Part shown: positions 39,031 through 49,300 of the stretch, piece by piece
How positions within the stretch are numbered: position 1 is the first letter of the stretch
How the letters are laid out: every line of letters starts with the position of its first letter
Assembly (NCBI GenBank): GCA_965368975.1
Contig: CBDUPA010000007.1
Location: 217,536-281,535, forward strand
Length of the DNA: 64,000 nt
Source of the DNA: an uncultured bacterium
GTDB taxonomy: Bacteria > Acidobacteriota > Thermoanaerobaculia > Multivoradales > JAHZIX01
Direction of reading: 5' to 3'
Notes under the pieces: generated by a model
Database searches by the model: none
What the model was told of the DNA's origin: nothing
Seen by the model: the letters and a program-made list of their open reading frames with translations, nothing else
Position numbers and translations under genes: made by a program

Positions 39031-39192
39031 GTGAAACGGAACGCGACGAGAAAGCGGCTCAGTCTCCACAAGGAGACTCTCGGGAAGTTGGAAGATCAAC
39101 GATTGCTGGCAGTCAAAGGAGGAGAACAAGCGATCCCAGGCACGCTAGCACCGTCCAGCCAGACCGGTGCTCATTCATGCCCCTGTCAATGA
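39031..39192 (+). CDS. RiPP (lanthipeptide-like) precursor, 53 aa, absent from ORF track
   Basis: AGGAGG RBS; MKRNATRKRLSLHKETLGKLEDQRLLAVKGG|EQAIPGTLAPSSQTGAHSCPCQ. Confidence 0.7.
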   Translation: MKRNATRKRLSLHKETLGKLEDQRLLAVKGGEQAIPGTLAPSSQTGAHSCPCQ

Positions 39193-39277
39193 ACACTTAT
39201 ACCTACCGAGTAGGCGTCGGGGCTGTGGGTTGCGCATTCTGTCAACCTGGCCGCTAATGCTTGACCCCCAACGAAGC

Positions 39278-39340
39278 GAGCCCCGACAGCGGGAGGCAGT
39301 ACTACTTGGCGGGAGTACTGCCCTGATGCTGTCGAGGCTC
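39278..39340. other. Long stem-loop (possible terminator or regulatory RNA)
   Basis: GAGCCCCGACAGC/GCTGTCGAGGCTC outer stem and GGCAGTACT/AGTACTGCC inner stem. Confidence 0.55.
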
Positions 39341-39429
39341 TGAGTAGAGTGTAGCGCTACTCAAGAATGCTTGTATAGTGCTTGTACTCTACAATCGGAG
39401 TGCGGGCAGCGTTTCCGTATCCTGCCGGC

Positions 39430-39600
39430 ATGAGCGAACAACCGAGCATGCCGATCAAGAGAGGGAACCTGAGACAGGTAGTCGTCTACCTGCACGACGA
39501 TGAGCTGGAAGCCGTTGCTAAGGAGGCGAAGCGGCGGAGATGGTCGCGATCAGAGGTGATGCGGCAGTTGGTTCGAGATGCGTTTGGGATCGAGACCTAG
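39430..39600 (+). CDS. CopG-like RHH protein
   Basis: QVVVYLHDDELEAVAKEAKRRRWSRSEVMRQLV. Confidence 0.75.
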   Translation: MSEQPSMPIKRGNLRQVVVYLHDDELEAVAKEAKRRRWSRSEVMRQLVRDAFGIET

Positions 39601-39650
39601 GGGTGGCTACTGCTGGCTCGGTCCCTAACATAGAAGTACGGGGCGGCTGG

Positions 39651-40709
39651 CTATGAGTCGGTCGCCCCGTTTTCGTCCGATTCTTCTATCTCCACCGCGT
39701 CCTTGAGATGTTGAGGGACGTTGCGAGCTGCTTCGAGTTGAGTCTTGGTTAGTTGGCCCGGTGGGATGTCGGCGTCAGTCAGGTTGGTGCCGGTGAGGTC
39801 GGCGTTCTTGGGGCCGGCGAGTCCGCCGAGGTAGCCACTGTCGTAGTCTGCGCGGGTAAGGGCAGCGCGGGTCAGTTTGGCGCGGGTGAGGTTAGCGCCA
39901 GTGAGGTTGGCGTAGTAGAAGTTCGAGTTGGTGAGGTTGGCGCTAGTGAGGTTAGCCTTGGTGAGGTTGGCGTACTTGAGAAAGGAGTGAGTAACACTGG
40001 CTTCGGTGAGGTTGGCTTTGGTGAGGTTGGCTTCGGTGAGGTTGGCTTTGGTGAGGTTGGCGCGGGTGAGGTTAGCGCCGCTAAGGTTGGCATTGGCGAG
40101 GTTGCAGAAAGGCATTAAAACACTGTGCAGGTATGTTCCCTGCAGTGATATCGGGAGTGCGGCTTCTGACCTTCTGGTCAGACGGCAGAGAACAGAGCAG
40201 ATCGCATTCACTTCTGTGGGAGCCGGGCCGTCTTTTGCATCATCCTCTCGAGGAACAGGGTGCCGCTCCCGAACAAAGGCACAGAGCACCTCAACCACTG
40301 GATCAAGGTAGTCCTTAGAGTTGTCCATTGCGATCTTTTCGAGAGCGAAGATTCCGCCTAGGCGAATCGCAAGCTTGTCGTCCTCAGCCAACTGCTCGAC
40401 AGCCTTGCTGTATCTATCCGTGATCTGGCCGCGCTCCTGGACCTGCAGCTGCGCCTGCTGTACTTGCAGCTGGTTCTCCTGGACCTGGATCCGACGATAG
40501 GCGATATACAGACCAAGGAGCACAACCAAGCCGCCTACGCCAGCGATGCTCTCCGAGAGTCTTGCGCGGCTGTCCGGTTCATTGAGGATCGTGCTCACCA
40601 CAAGCGCAATGCCGAGCCCGCCGGCGACGGCCAGTACACGGTACCAGGGCTCAAGAACAGTACGTAGCTCCGCTGCTAGGAGATATCCAAGCTTCTGAAC
40701 GGTGTTCAT
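39651..40709 (-). CDS. Membrane-anchored pentapeptide-repeat protein
   Basis: Two TM helices; ITDRYSKAVEQL...RLGGIFALEKIA; A-N-L-T-x repeats. Confidence 0.9.
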   Translation of the reverse strand: MNTVQKLGYLLAAELRTVLEPWYRVLAVAGGLGIALVVSTILNEPDSRARLSESIAGVGGLVVLLGLYIAYRRIQVQENQLQVQQAQLQVQERGQITDRYSKAVEQLAEDDKLAIRLGGIFALEKIAMDNSKDYLDPVVEVLCAFVRERHPVPREDDAKDGPAPTEVNAICSVLCRLTRRSEAALPISLQGTYLHSVLMPFCNLANANLSGANLTRANLTKANLTEANLTKANLTEASVTHSFLKYANLTKANLTSANLTNSNFYYANLTGANLTRAKLTRAALTRADYDSGYLGGLAGPKNADLTGTNLTDADIPPGQLTKTQLEAARNVPQHLKDAVEIEESDENGATDS

Positions 40710-40729
40710 ATGTCAGAAGCATAGCAGTG

Positions 40730-41350
40730 CTATTGGCCGCGATACGCCTTCCGCACGAGCTGCCGATGCATCCTCCGCACGAACGCCCTCGCGTCGATGT
40801 GCATGAAGAGATCATCCTCGTCCTCGTAGATGAAGACGAACCCAAGCCATCGCGCTAGGGTCGGCGCTTCCGGCTCCCTCGGATCCCATACCAATGTCGT
40901 CCGCTGAGGAACATCAAGCCCGTGCAGATTGGGCATTACCGATGCCGGCTGCATCTCCCACTTCCGTGGTACCTCGAACAGCTCCCCGAGCAGCTCCAGG
41001 GCAACCTCGTACATGCGCCGGACCTTCTCGAGCGTCGGATCGACGGGTTGCCCATCGGCAGCTCCGAAGATGAGGTGCTGGCTCAGGGGCGCCCCGTCCT
41101 CGTCCTCGTTCTTCTGCGGGTCCCGGTAGGTACTGGTCAGCAGGATTGGAAAGCCGCACCGGTGCCGCACTTCGTCCCATACCCGCAGCGGTAGCACGAT
41201 GTTCGGCCAGAGCACCCTCGGCGGCAGTGCGTATGCGCAAGGCTGGATCACCTCCCACGGCTCGAAGTAGCGCAACCCCAAGCGGCGGATGTAAGCCTCC
41301 AGGGCTACGCGCTGCAGCTCCTGGGGATCACGAAGTCGTAGCCGCCTCAT
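40730..41350 (-). CDS. Endolysin, peptidase M15 family
   Basis: TSTYR...N...GAPLSQHLIFGAAD and FMHIDAR; last gene of late operon. Confidence 0.8.
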   Translation of the reverse strand: MRRLRLRDPQELQRVALEAYIRRLGLRYFEPWEVIQPCAYALPPRVLWPNIVLPLRVWDEVRHRCGFPILLTSTYRDPQKNEDEDGAPLSQHLIFGAADGQPVDPTLEKVRRMYEVALELLGELFEVPRKWEMQPASVMPNLHGLDVPQRTTLVWDPREPEAPTLARWLGFVFIYEDEDDLFMHIDARAFVRRMHRQLVRKAYRGQ

Positions 41351-42648
41351 GCTTCCGTGACCTCCAGGCTGGTTTCTGCGGCGATCTCGGGTGCGCCCGT
41401 CAGGCCTTGAGAGTCCAGGCGCCTGCCAGCGCCGTACCGAGCTTCACCGGCGGCGGACAGGTACCCCCACACGGCACCCTCGGCGCCGGGCAAGTCGTCG
41501 AAGGGCGCCAGTAGCGCCAGGCGATCACTCGGACGCCGAGCAGCGTCCAGTCGCTGTGTCCAGCTGGCGTGCAGCTGCGGCAAGGGCAGGCGGACGCGCC
41601 GGCGCCAGGGGCCCGAATGGAGGCGCAACCCGCCGGAGTACTCGACAGGGTCTCCGGCAGGTACGTCTTCCACCTCGGCTTCACTCCAGCCTGCCGGCAG
41701 CGTGTCTGCTGGTCCGGCGGCGAGGTGTCCCGCCTCGAGGTGCGCAGCCCGTGGTGCTGGGTCGAGCAGATCGACGCGCAAACCACTGGCCGTGACCTCG
41801 TCGAAGACATAGTGCAAGAGCACTGAGGTCGGCAAGGACTCGCCGCGCTGGGGCTCGCGCGAAGCGGCAGGCAGCCACCCGCTGTCATAGGTCAGACCAC
41901 CTTCGACCACCACGACCTCGACCGGGCCCAATTCGACGCCGGCGACGCCTTGTGAGTATCCCGTGACGCGCACAGTCAACGGATCCGCTGGGTTGAGTAG
42001 GTCGTCAATGCCGAAGGGCAACGCGTGGACACCCTCCCAGCGGGAGGCATTGGCTAGTTCCCACGATCTACGCAGGGGCGAGCTATAGGTGGCCACCACC
42101 TGTCCGGCCTGCAGCAGCTCCAGGCGTATGCCTTGCTCAGGAGGTGCCACGACGTCGGCGGAGTAGCGCACGCGCGCGAGGACTAGGTGCTGGCGCAATC
42201 CGGCGACGGCGCCGGCGGGAGGCGCGGGCAGATCGATGTCGGCGGACACGGTGAGTGCCGGATCAGTCGGTGCCCACCAGGTCCCCGGTGTGACTTCGGC
42301 GGCGCCGGCCGGCAGGGAACCAGACAGGTTGGTGGACGCAGAGGTCCCCGTGGGCGCCAATCGGGTTGGTGGTGGTGGTGCAACTCCTAGGCGCACGCGC
42401 CACAGACCGAGCGGGGAGAGGTTGGTGCGCGGTAGGCAGACGGCGCTCACGGGCTGATCCTCGGGAAAGAGGCAGTGCAACCAAGAGGACGAGCTCGCCG
42501 GCGACGTCGAGCGCCAGACGTCGCCTGTGGCGGGCGACTGATCTGCCTGCAGGCGCCACGCCTCGGCCCCCACCTGCTCGGTAGCAGCTGAGGTCGCAGC
42601 GCCTGCGGCAGCGGTGGCGAGGTTACGCCAGAGGAGCGCGGTGCCCAT
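41347..42648 (-). CDS. Putative tail protein
   Basis: Position; YDSGW motif; beta-rich. Confidence 0.6.
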   Translation of the reverse strand: MGTALLWRNLATAAAGAATSAATEQVGAEAWRLQADQSPATGDVWRSTSPASSSSWLHCLFPEDQPVSAVCLPRTNLSPLGLWRVRLGVAPPPPTRLAPTGTSASTNLSGSLPAGAAEVTPGTWWAPTDPALTVSADIDLPAPPAGAVAGLRQHLVLARVRYSADVVAPPEQGIRLELLQAGQVVATYSSPLRRSWELANASRWEGVHALPFGIDDLLNPADPLTVRVTGYSQGVAGVELGPVEVVVVEGGLTYDSGWLPAASREPQRGESLPTSVLLHYVFDEVTASGLRVDLLDPAPRAAHLEAGHLAAGPADTLPAGWSEAEVEDVPAGDPVEYSGGLRLHSGPWRRRVRLPLPQLHASWTQRLDAARRPSDRLALLAPFDDLPGAEGAVWGYLSAAGEARYGAGRRLDSQGLTGAPEIAAETSLEVTEA

Positions 42649-42946
42649 CGATCAGAGCCTTGGTGATGCGGTCTAGCTCCTCCATGGAGCGCTCATAGAA
42701 GTTCTGCGAGCGCGCCATGCGCTCCGCACTTCTGTCATCGCCGGACGCGAGTTCATCCATGAACTCGCGGTGGTTATCCAGGATGAGCCGGTTCAGGTTC
42801 GCCGTCAGGAGTGCGAGAGACCGCAGTCCTCGGCTCTGCCGAAACAGGATGACGGCTACGACCACCAGTGCGCCGGCAACCACCCCGCCGAGGCCATACT
42901 TCTCGATCAGCTTCAGGAGGCCATCCAGGAGCGCGCCCTCAGCCAT
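42623..42946 (-). CDS. Putative holin
   Basis: Single N-terminal TM (YGLGGVVAGALVVVAVILF) plus coiled tail; near endolysin. Confidence 0.55.
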   Translation of the reverse strand: MAEGALLDGLLKLIEKYGLGGVVAGALVVVAVILFRQSRGLRSLALLTANLNRLILDNHREFMDELASGDDRSAERMARSQNFYERSMEELDRITKALIDGHRAPLA

Positions 42947-43877
42947 TGCTGGACACCTCCAGGGCCTGGGCGAGCGACCGGTTCAGGCTCGACAGCTCTT
43001 CCAGGATCAGTCGGAGCAGCTCCAACCGCTCGAGGTCCGCCGGCTTCGTCGCAGGGGGAGCGGGCTCCACCGCTGGCGGTGCCTCTCCGGTGTTCTCCGG
43101 GGTATCGGTCACTGCGAACACCTCGAAGATGGTTGAACCCTTGGCGCTACAGAGGCCGAAGCCTCGACACTCGTCGTTGCTCCCCTGGGCTCGATAGATC
43201 GCCTCGACGACGTGGACGCCCTGCTCGACGAGCGCGCAAGTTGTGAAGGCGCCATCGGTGCGTGCGCAGAAATGCGGCCACTCCCAGTAGCCGTTGTGCA
43301 GTGTTGCGAACCCGGTCTCGTAGCTGGCCACGCAAGTGACCGAGTCGCCGGTCTCGACGGTGGCTGGCGTACAGGTCACCTTGACCTTGATGTGCTCATC
43401 CCCATCGGAAACACCGATCGTCATACGGCCGCCCACCGAGCACCGAAGGGCGCCGACCCGGACATCCGCTACGGCGAACATGCTGTGGTTTCCCTTCGTC
43501 TCGTAAACGAACGTCAGGCTGGTTCCGTCGGTAGTGCGCTCCAGCTCGGGCAGAAGAAATGACGACAGCTCCCAGTGGACACGGGCCCCCTGGGCGAGCG
43601 TCATCGACCCTGGTAGCTCCAGGGTCACGGTGATCGGGTCGCCGGCTTTGCCGCGGGCCGGGCCTGCCAGGCCAACACCGCCGCGAATCTCGGACGGACA
43701 CGGTGGACTGAGTCGCAGTGCCCGGCTCTTGGCGGCGAGCATCATCGAGGTGGGTTCGCCAGGCTGTGCCTGCGTAGCCTGGAGCAAGCCTCGAATATTT
43801 GGCACTGCGCCAGGGGTGATGCCCTGGGCTGGCACTGCGAGGATCAAGGCGAGAGCGAACAGGAATCGATTCTTCAC
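42939..43877 (-). CDS. Exported Cys-rich protein with Ig/PKD-like domains
   Basis: Signal peptide MKNRFLFALALILAVPAQG; GDPITVTL and TGDSVTC beta-sandwich-like repeats. Confidence 0.6.
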   Translation of the reverse strand: MKNRFLFALALILAVPAQGITPGAVPNIRGLLQATQAQPGEPTSMMLAAKSRALRLSPPCPSEIRGGVGLAGPARGKAGDPITVTLELPGSMTLAQGARVHWELSSFLLPELERTTDGTSLTFVYETKGNHSMFAVADVRVGALRCSVGGRMTIGVSDGDEHIKVKVTCTPATVETGDSVTCVASYETGFATLHNGYWEWPHFCARTDGAFTTCALVEQGVHVVEAIYRAQGSNDECRGFGLCSAKGSTIFEVFAVTDTPENTGEAPPAVEPAPPATKPADLERLELLRLILEELSSLNRSLAQALEVSSNG

Positions 43878-43888
43878 GGAGAGTCTCC

Positions 43889-46312
43889 TTATTGAATAAC
43901 CACGGGTTGTGCGAAGTCTTCGCCGCGGGCGAACAGCTCGACGACGAAGGAGCGAGAGACGGCGCTGAGAGGCTTTGCTCCCAGCAGGACGAACGTCACA
44001 TTGGGCAGGTCGAGGTCATCCCGAATCGCCTGACTCAGACCGACAGCCGCTCCAGGCGTCGGCGTGCCGGATGGCCAGATGACGGGGAAGCGGGCCTGCC
44101 ATCCGCCGTGGAGGTGCCAGGCTTGGCGCCGACGCGCTTCTGCGATGGCCGGCGCCGGCGTAGCCAGGGCGGTCGGATAGATGGCCGGTTCGAGGTCCCC
44201 GTCACCCTCATGCCAGATAGAGGCGGGGACCGAGGCCTTGGCGTACTGTCGCGCCAGGCGCCGTGCGTCGATCTCGGCGCCGCCGGCGAGCTGACCAGCG
44301 TCGAAGGGATCCCAGGAGCGGGAGTGCTGGATGACGACCTCCAGGTAGTCCGGAGGGACCGACAGCGGTTCAAAGGTGCCCTCGGCCAAGTCCTGGAGAA
44401 CGACATCGGGTTCTGCGTCGCGCTCCGGCACGTCCAACTCCCGAATCTCCGCGCCAGGCGCCGGCAGATAGAAGGCGCGGCCACAAGCGGCGACGAGATC
44501 GAAGCCGCGGCGCGCCGCATCGCCCTTGGTCCGGTATCCACAGACGCCGTCATCCCAGACGCCACCGGCGAGCTGATCGATACCGGTGACCGGCTCGCCC
44601 ATCAGCTCGAACGTCCGCTCGAGCACCGGGCCCGGCAGCTCGACGTAGTCACCTCCGGGGGCATCGCCGTAGATGTCGAAGCGCAGCTCACCATCCGAAG
44701 GGTCGAAAGCCATCCAAACCAAGCCGCGCTCCAGGTCCACGTCGAAGTCCCAGAGCCCGCCCTCGTTCGCGATGGAGCCGGCGCCGGCGGTATCCGGCAC
44801 AGTCGTGATCAGCGGCACCTCGGCGGCATAGGCGCTGCCCTGTGGCAGCTCGTAGCCGGGACCGGCAAGGATGATGTCGCCTGGCGTCCCTGCGATAGTG
44901 ACCGTCAGCTCCTGATCTCGAACGAGTCGTCGCGCCAGCGCGGCGTCGTCGAACTGCAACGCGCCACCAGCGAAGGCCAGGTTGCCCGAGTACTCGACCT
45001 TCGGCACCAGCTCGACGCCCGACATCGTGCCAAAGAGATTGTGGAACTGGCGCGGGTGCGCGGCCAGTAGATTGGTGCGGGAGTCCAGGACGTCGAGCTT
45101 GCAGCCCAGGGCGCGCCCGACGACGGCATGTCGGGGTTCGCCGGAGAGTTCCGGGAGACCGCCGGTCCCGTGCTGCCAGTCGGCGTCACCGAGGCGTACC
45201 GCTTCCAAGCCTGCAACCGAATCGAAGGCGGATCCAGCTCCCTCGTTCAAGCTCAGCAGGAACTTCGCGGTCGTCGTCTCCGGGTTCTCCGGGCGGTTCC
45301 AGCCGGTCCGGATCTCGTCAAAGTCGAGCTGCTCGTGCCAGAGGGCCACCTCCATGACGGCGCCGGTCAGTGCGCGCGTCCAGCCGTCGTTACGAGCACA
45401 GATACGCAGGTGCTTGCCAGATGGAGCCGCGAACATCGTGCCCGTTCCCGTGGTGTAGGCGACCCGTTCCCCGTTGACGAAGATCCAGGCCGTCCAGGCG
45501 GCACCAGAACTGATGCCGTCGGCGAACATCGCGTGGATGGTGAACTCTTCACCGATGGTTGCCACGCCTGCAGGCGTCACGACCTGTGTCGCTCCACCGT
45601 CCGGACTGAAGTAGAGCGACCCGCCAGGCTGCAGACGCAGGAACCAGCCGCTCGGATCGTTGATCACGGCCAGGTCCGCCGCGGCGGTCAGTGAGTCAGC
45701 GCGGCAGCGGACCTTGATTGCCAGCTTCGCCTTGGGGCCCGATTCGAATGCGGGGTCGCCTTCGACCTGCAGCAGTCCGGCACCTTGGAGGCGTACCTCG
45801 TTGCCATAGCCGGAATAGAACCAGGCTTGATGCTCCTGCAGCGACCTGTCGAGAGCGACCTCGATGGCCGCACGGGCCTGAAACGCCACCTCGACCGGGT
45901 TCGGCTGCCAGCTCGTCAGCCTGCCGTCGAACTCCACCTGGAACTCCTCCAGAGGGGCACACTCGGGCCCGGTGAGGTAGAGCAGGCGCACATCCTTACC
46001 CTTGAGGCCGTGCAGCAGCTGCTGAAGCTTGCCGGCCACCTTGCACGAGAAGGTGCCCGGCGCAGAGGTGCCAGCGATGGCGTCCGGACGGTAGGCGTAG
46101 ACCGCCGGCAGCTCGACGTCGCGCAGCCCCTCCTCGAAGAACTGGTTCGACAGCTCGACGCCGGCGAGCGTGCCGGAGACCTTCTTGCCGCCTACCTGGG
46201 TGGTGGCGTAGAAGGTCGCTGGCGAGTAGCTCCGCGCTTCTCCGGTGCCGATTGTTGGCATGAGTGTGCGCCGCTCCAGGTAGACGATGAGCAGTCCGAT
46301 TCGTGATTCCAT
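43889..46312 (-). CDS. Tail tip protein with LamG/concanavalin-like insert
   Basis: Follows tape measure; WIFVNGE...MEVALW...LNEGAGS LamG pattern. Confidence 0.7.
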   Translation of the reverse strand: MESRIGLLIVYLERRTLMPTIGTGEARSYSPATFYATTQVGGKKVSGTLAGVELSNQFFEEGLRDVELPAVYAYRPDAIAGTSAPGTFSCKVAGKLQQLLHGLKGKDVRLLYLTGPECAPLEEFQVEFDGRLTSWQPNPVEVAFQARAAIEVALDRSLQEHQAWFYSGYGNEVRLQGAGLLQVEGDPAFESGPKAKLAIKVRCRADSLTAAADLAVINDPSGWFLRLQPGGSLYFSPDGGATQVVTPAGVATIGEEFTIHAMFADGISSGAAWTAWIFVNGERVAYTTGTGTMFAAPSGKHLRICARNDGWTRALTGAVMEVALWHEQLDFDEIRTGWNRPENPETTTAKFLLSLNEGAGSAFDSVAGLEAVRLGDADWQHGTGGLPELSGEPRHAVVGRALGCKLDVLDSRTNLLAAHPRQFHNLFGTMSGVELVPKVEYSGNLAFAGGALQFDDAALARRLVRDQELTVTIAGTPGDIILAGPGYELPQGSAYAAEVPLITTVPDTAGAGSIANEGGLWDFDVDLERGLVWMAFDPSDGELRFDIYGDAPGGDYVELPGPVLERTFELMGEPVTGIDQLAGGVWDDGVCGYRTKGDAARRGFDLVAACGRAFYLPAPGAEIRELDVPERDAEPDVVLQDLAEGTFEPLSVPPDYLEVVIQHSRSWDPFDAGQLAGGAEIDARRLARQYAKASVPASIWHEGDGDLEPAIYPTALATPAPAIAEARRRQAWHLHGGWQARFPVIWPSGTPTPGAAVGLSQAIRDDLDLPNVTFVLLGAKPLSAVSRSFVVELFARGEDFAQPVVIQ

Positions 46313-46315
46313 GGG

Positions 46316-49300
46316 TTACTCCTCAATGTCGGGCCTTGCTCCGCGGCGGAAGTCCGCGGCAGGCTGCAGTAGACGAATCTGGCGGTCGCGTTGCTCGGCG
46401 GCGCCGGCAGCCTGTCGGCCCTGCTGGCGAGTCAAACGCGCAACCTCGGAGCGCAGGGAAGAGACCTCGCGGTTGCGCTGCTCACCCTGCTTGACGACCT
46501 CGCGGCGCAACTCCCGAATCTCGTCGACGAGCAGTGCCTTCTCGAGCTTGTGCTGTGTTTCCTGAACGGGTAGCGGCAGCGGCAGCAGGTCGGTGCCGGT
46601 GCGCTCCAGTGCCTCCGGCTGCGGCGCGGAGACTTGCCACCATTCCGGAGGCCCGGCGATGAGCTGGGCACCGCTGGTGATCTGGTGCCAGAGCTGCTCT
46701 TGTGTGCGCGCAGCCATCTCTGCCATGAACGAGACGTCCGGTGTCGGGAGCTGGTCGCCAGGGATGTAGCCAGTGACGAAGGGTTCGATATCGCCGCGAA
46801 CCATGTCGCTCAGTGCGCCCAGCGCCGCGGTCGGTCCGTACATTGCCTCGCCTGCCTGCAGTAGGCGCTGAGCGACGCCTTCGAGACTCTGCAAGGCCTC
46901 GAGGTCGCCAGCTTGAGCAGCGGCCAGCGTTTGGTCGTAGGCGCTGCGCGCGGATCCCAGTTCGTCACGCGCGGATAGGTGACTGAACGGCGAGGTGCCG
47001 CCCGACAGTTCGTCGTAGAGACCGCGCAGACCGCCGGTCACCTCCTCCATGAGGGCGGTGATCACTTCAGCTCGCTTCTCCTCGACGGCGAGCACGTCCT
47101 TGCCGTAGCGCTCCGCCAGCTCGACATAGGCGTCGTATTCTTCGTTGATCGCGTCCAGCCTTGCCTGGATGCCCTCAGGCTCGGAGCTGGCGGTGAGCCG
47201 CTCGAAGAAGTCATCGATCAGTGCCTGCTCGGTATCCGTCACCTTCTGACGTGCTTCGCCGAGGTCGACCCCGAACTGGGCCAAGAGGGCAGCCTGCGAA
47301 TCGAGACCGGCCAGCTGGTCACGGATCTCTCCCAGCTGCGCCAGGGAGCGCTCGAGCTGTTCGGCGGGGGAGAGCTGCTCTGTGCCGGCGATTGCCGACA
47401 GCTGGTCGAGCAGGCGCGTCACGTTGTCGACGAGAGGGTTGCCCAGCGCGCCCGCAGTGCCGCCTCCTACGTAGCCGGTGGTCGAGGCGGATGCAGAGGC
47501 GCGAATCTCCTCCTTGAGCGATTCGGCTCGAGCCCCGAAGGCCTCGTCGACCAGGTCGGCCCACTCATCCCACACACCCAGTGCACGCAGCTGCGCTTCG
47601 AGCTTGAGGCGCTCGATTTCCAGCGCCTGGAGAGCCAGCTCCAAACGCCGCTCCTCGTAGCCTTCGGCGGTGCCGAGGTACCGGAAAAGTCCCTCGATTA
47701 GCTGGTGCTCCTTTAGAACCAGCGCCTGAGATTCGGCCAGATCCACCTCGGCGAGCTGTTCAGCGGCCTCGACGTAGCTACGAGTGGTTTCCCGGATCTG
47801 ATCGCGCAGCTCTTCGGCTTTGGCGCGGATCGAAGTGACCTCGTCGACACCGGCGGCAACGGGTGATAGCTCGGAAAGCGATACTTCGCGCTGAGCCTCT
47901 GCGGCTGCCTGGGTCGCGGTAGCCGCTTCCATAGCGGCATCGCGGGCAGCCTGCCAGACGTCCGCGTACTGATCCCACACCCCTAGGGCCTGCAGCTGTG
48001 CCTTGAGAATCGCGAACTCCATCTCCAGGCGTCGTTCGGCCAGGTCGCGTTGCTGCTGCAGGAACTCCCGGCTCTCTCCGAGGTAGCCGAACAGTCGGTC
48101 GAGCACCCCCAGCTCAGCAGACTCCAGTGCGTTCTCCAGGGCGCGCTGGATTGCCGTGGCCATTGCTTCTTTGCGCTCATCGGAGATGTTGAGCGAGTCG
48201 ACCTCGGCGCGCAGGTTGGCAGCCTGCTGGTGGAGCTGCTCGATGCTGGCGGCAGCGGACTGGATCGGGTCGAGCTGGGCAATCTGAGCGGCGACGCTCT
48301 GGACAACTGCCTCGGCCTGCTGCTCGAACGCGCTGGTCAGCTCGTTGACCCGCGCGGCGGTCTCTTCGGCCGAGAGTCCGAGTTCCATCACCTCTTCGAT
48401 CAACTCGTCGCGGAGGCCTCGCAGATCCGCGACCCTGCCGCCGGCAGTCTGCTCGCCGCCCGAAGCGTAGTCGGCGATGCGCGTGTCGAGGTCTTCCAGG
48501 ATCCGCGCGCGTGCGGCAGCCTGGGCACCGGCGAGACGCTCCGCAGCGAGCGCATGCTCCTCGCCGCGCAGTCTGGCAAGGATCTCTCCTGCTCGCTCGG
48601 ATTCCGCTGCCAGCCGCTCGAGGGCGGCAGCGGTCGGAGAGAGGTCACCCCGCTCCATGAGCGTCAGAATCTGGTCGAGTTCTTCGCGGGCCTCGGCGAT
48701 GGGTTGCCGGTTCCCGCCGCGGCGGACGTCGCCGGGGTCGATTCGATCGGGCAGGGCATTGAGCTGCGCCAGGATCGCGTCGATCATCTGCTGGAGGTCT
48801 TCGGCGCGATTGGCCACGGCTCCACCCGCCTGACCAATGCTGCGCACCACCACGTCGATTGCGGCGGTGATCTCTCCGCCGAGTTCGGACGCTTCGTTGA
48901 ACACCCGGTGCGACATACCGGAGATCTCGCCACCGGCGCCCATCAGTTGGTCCAGTAGGTGCAGGTAGCGGGCCAGCTCTTCGCGTAGCTCGGCCTCTCG
49001 GCGATCCCGCTCCTGATTGAAGGGGTCCACCATGTTGAGGCGCTGCTGGAACGGGTCGGGCTGGTTGCCGACGATGTGATCGCGCAGAGCCTGGAGACTG
49101 TCGCCCCACGCGGTGATCGCGCCGTTCAGATCGAGACCGAGCTCGCGGAAGCGGCGGACCTGGTCCTCGAAGATTCGATCCACCTCCCGCATGTCCTGGA
49201 CGATCTGAGGCAGCCCGAGGTCTCGATGCTCGACGGCGGTCTGGATGTGCTCCAGGAGTCCTTCGATCGTGCTGTGCGCAGTGGACTGGAGAGCCGCCCG

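Noticed and set aside
39850-40105. 15-bp GTGAGGTTGG repeats as a DNA repeat element
   Set aside because: Explained by pentapeptide coding on the minus strand
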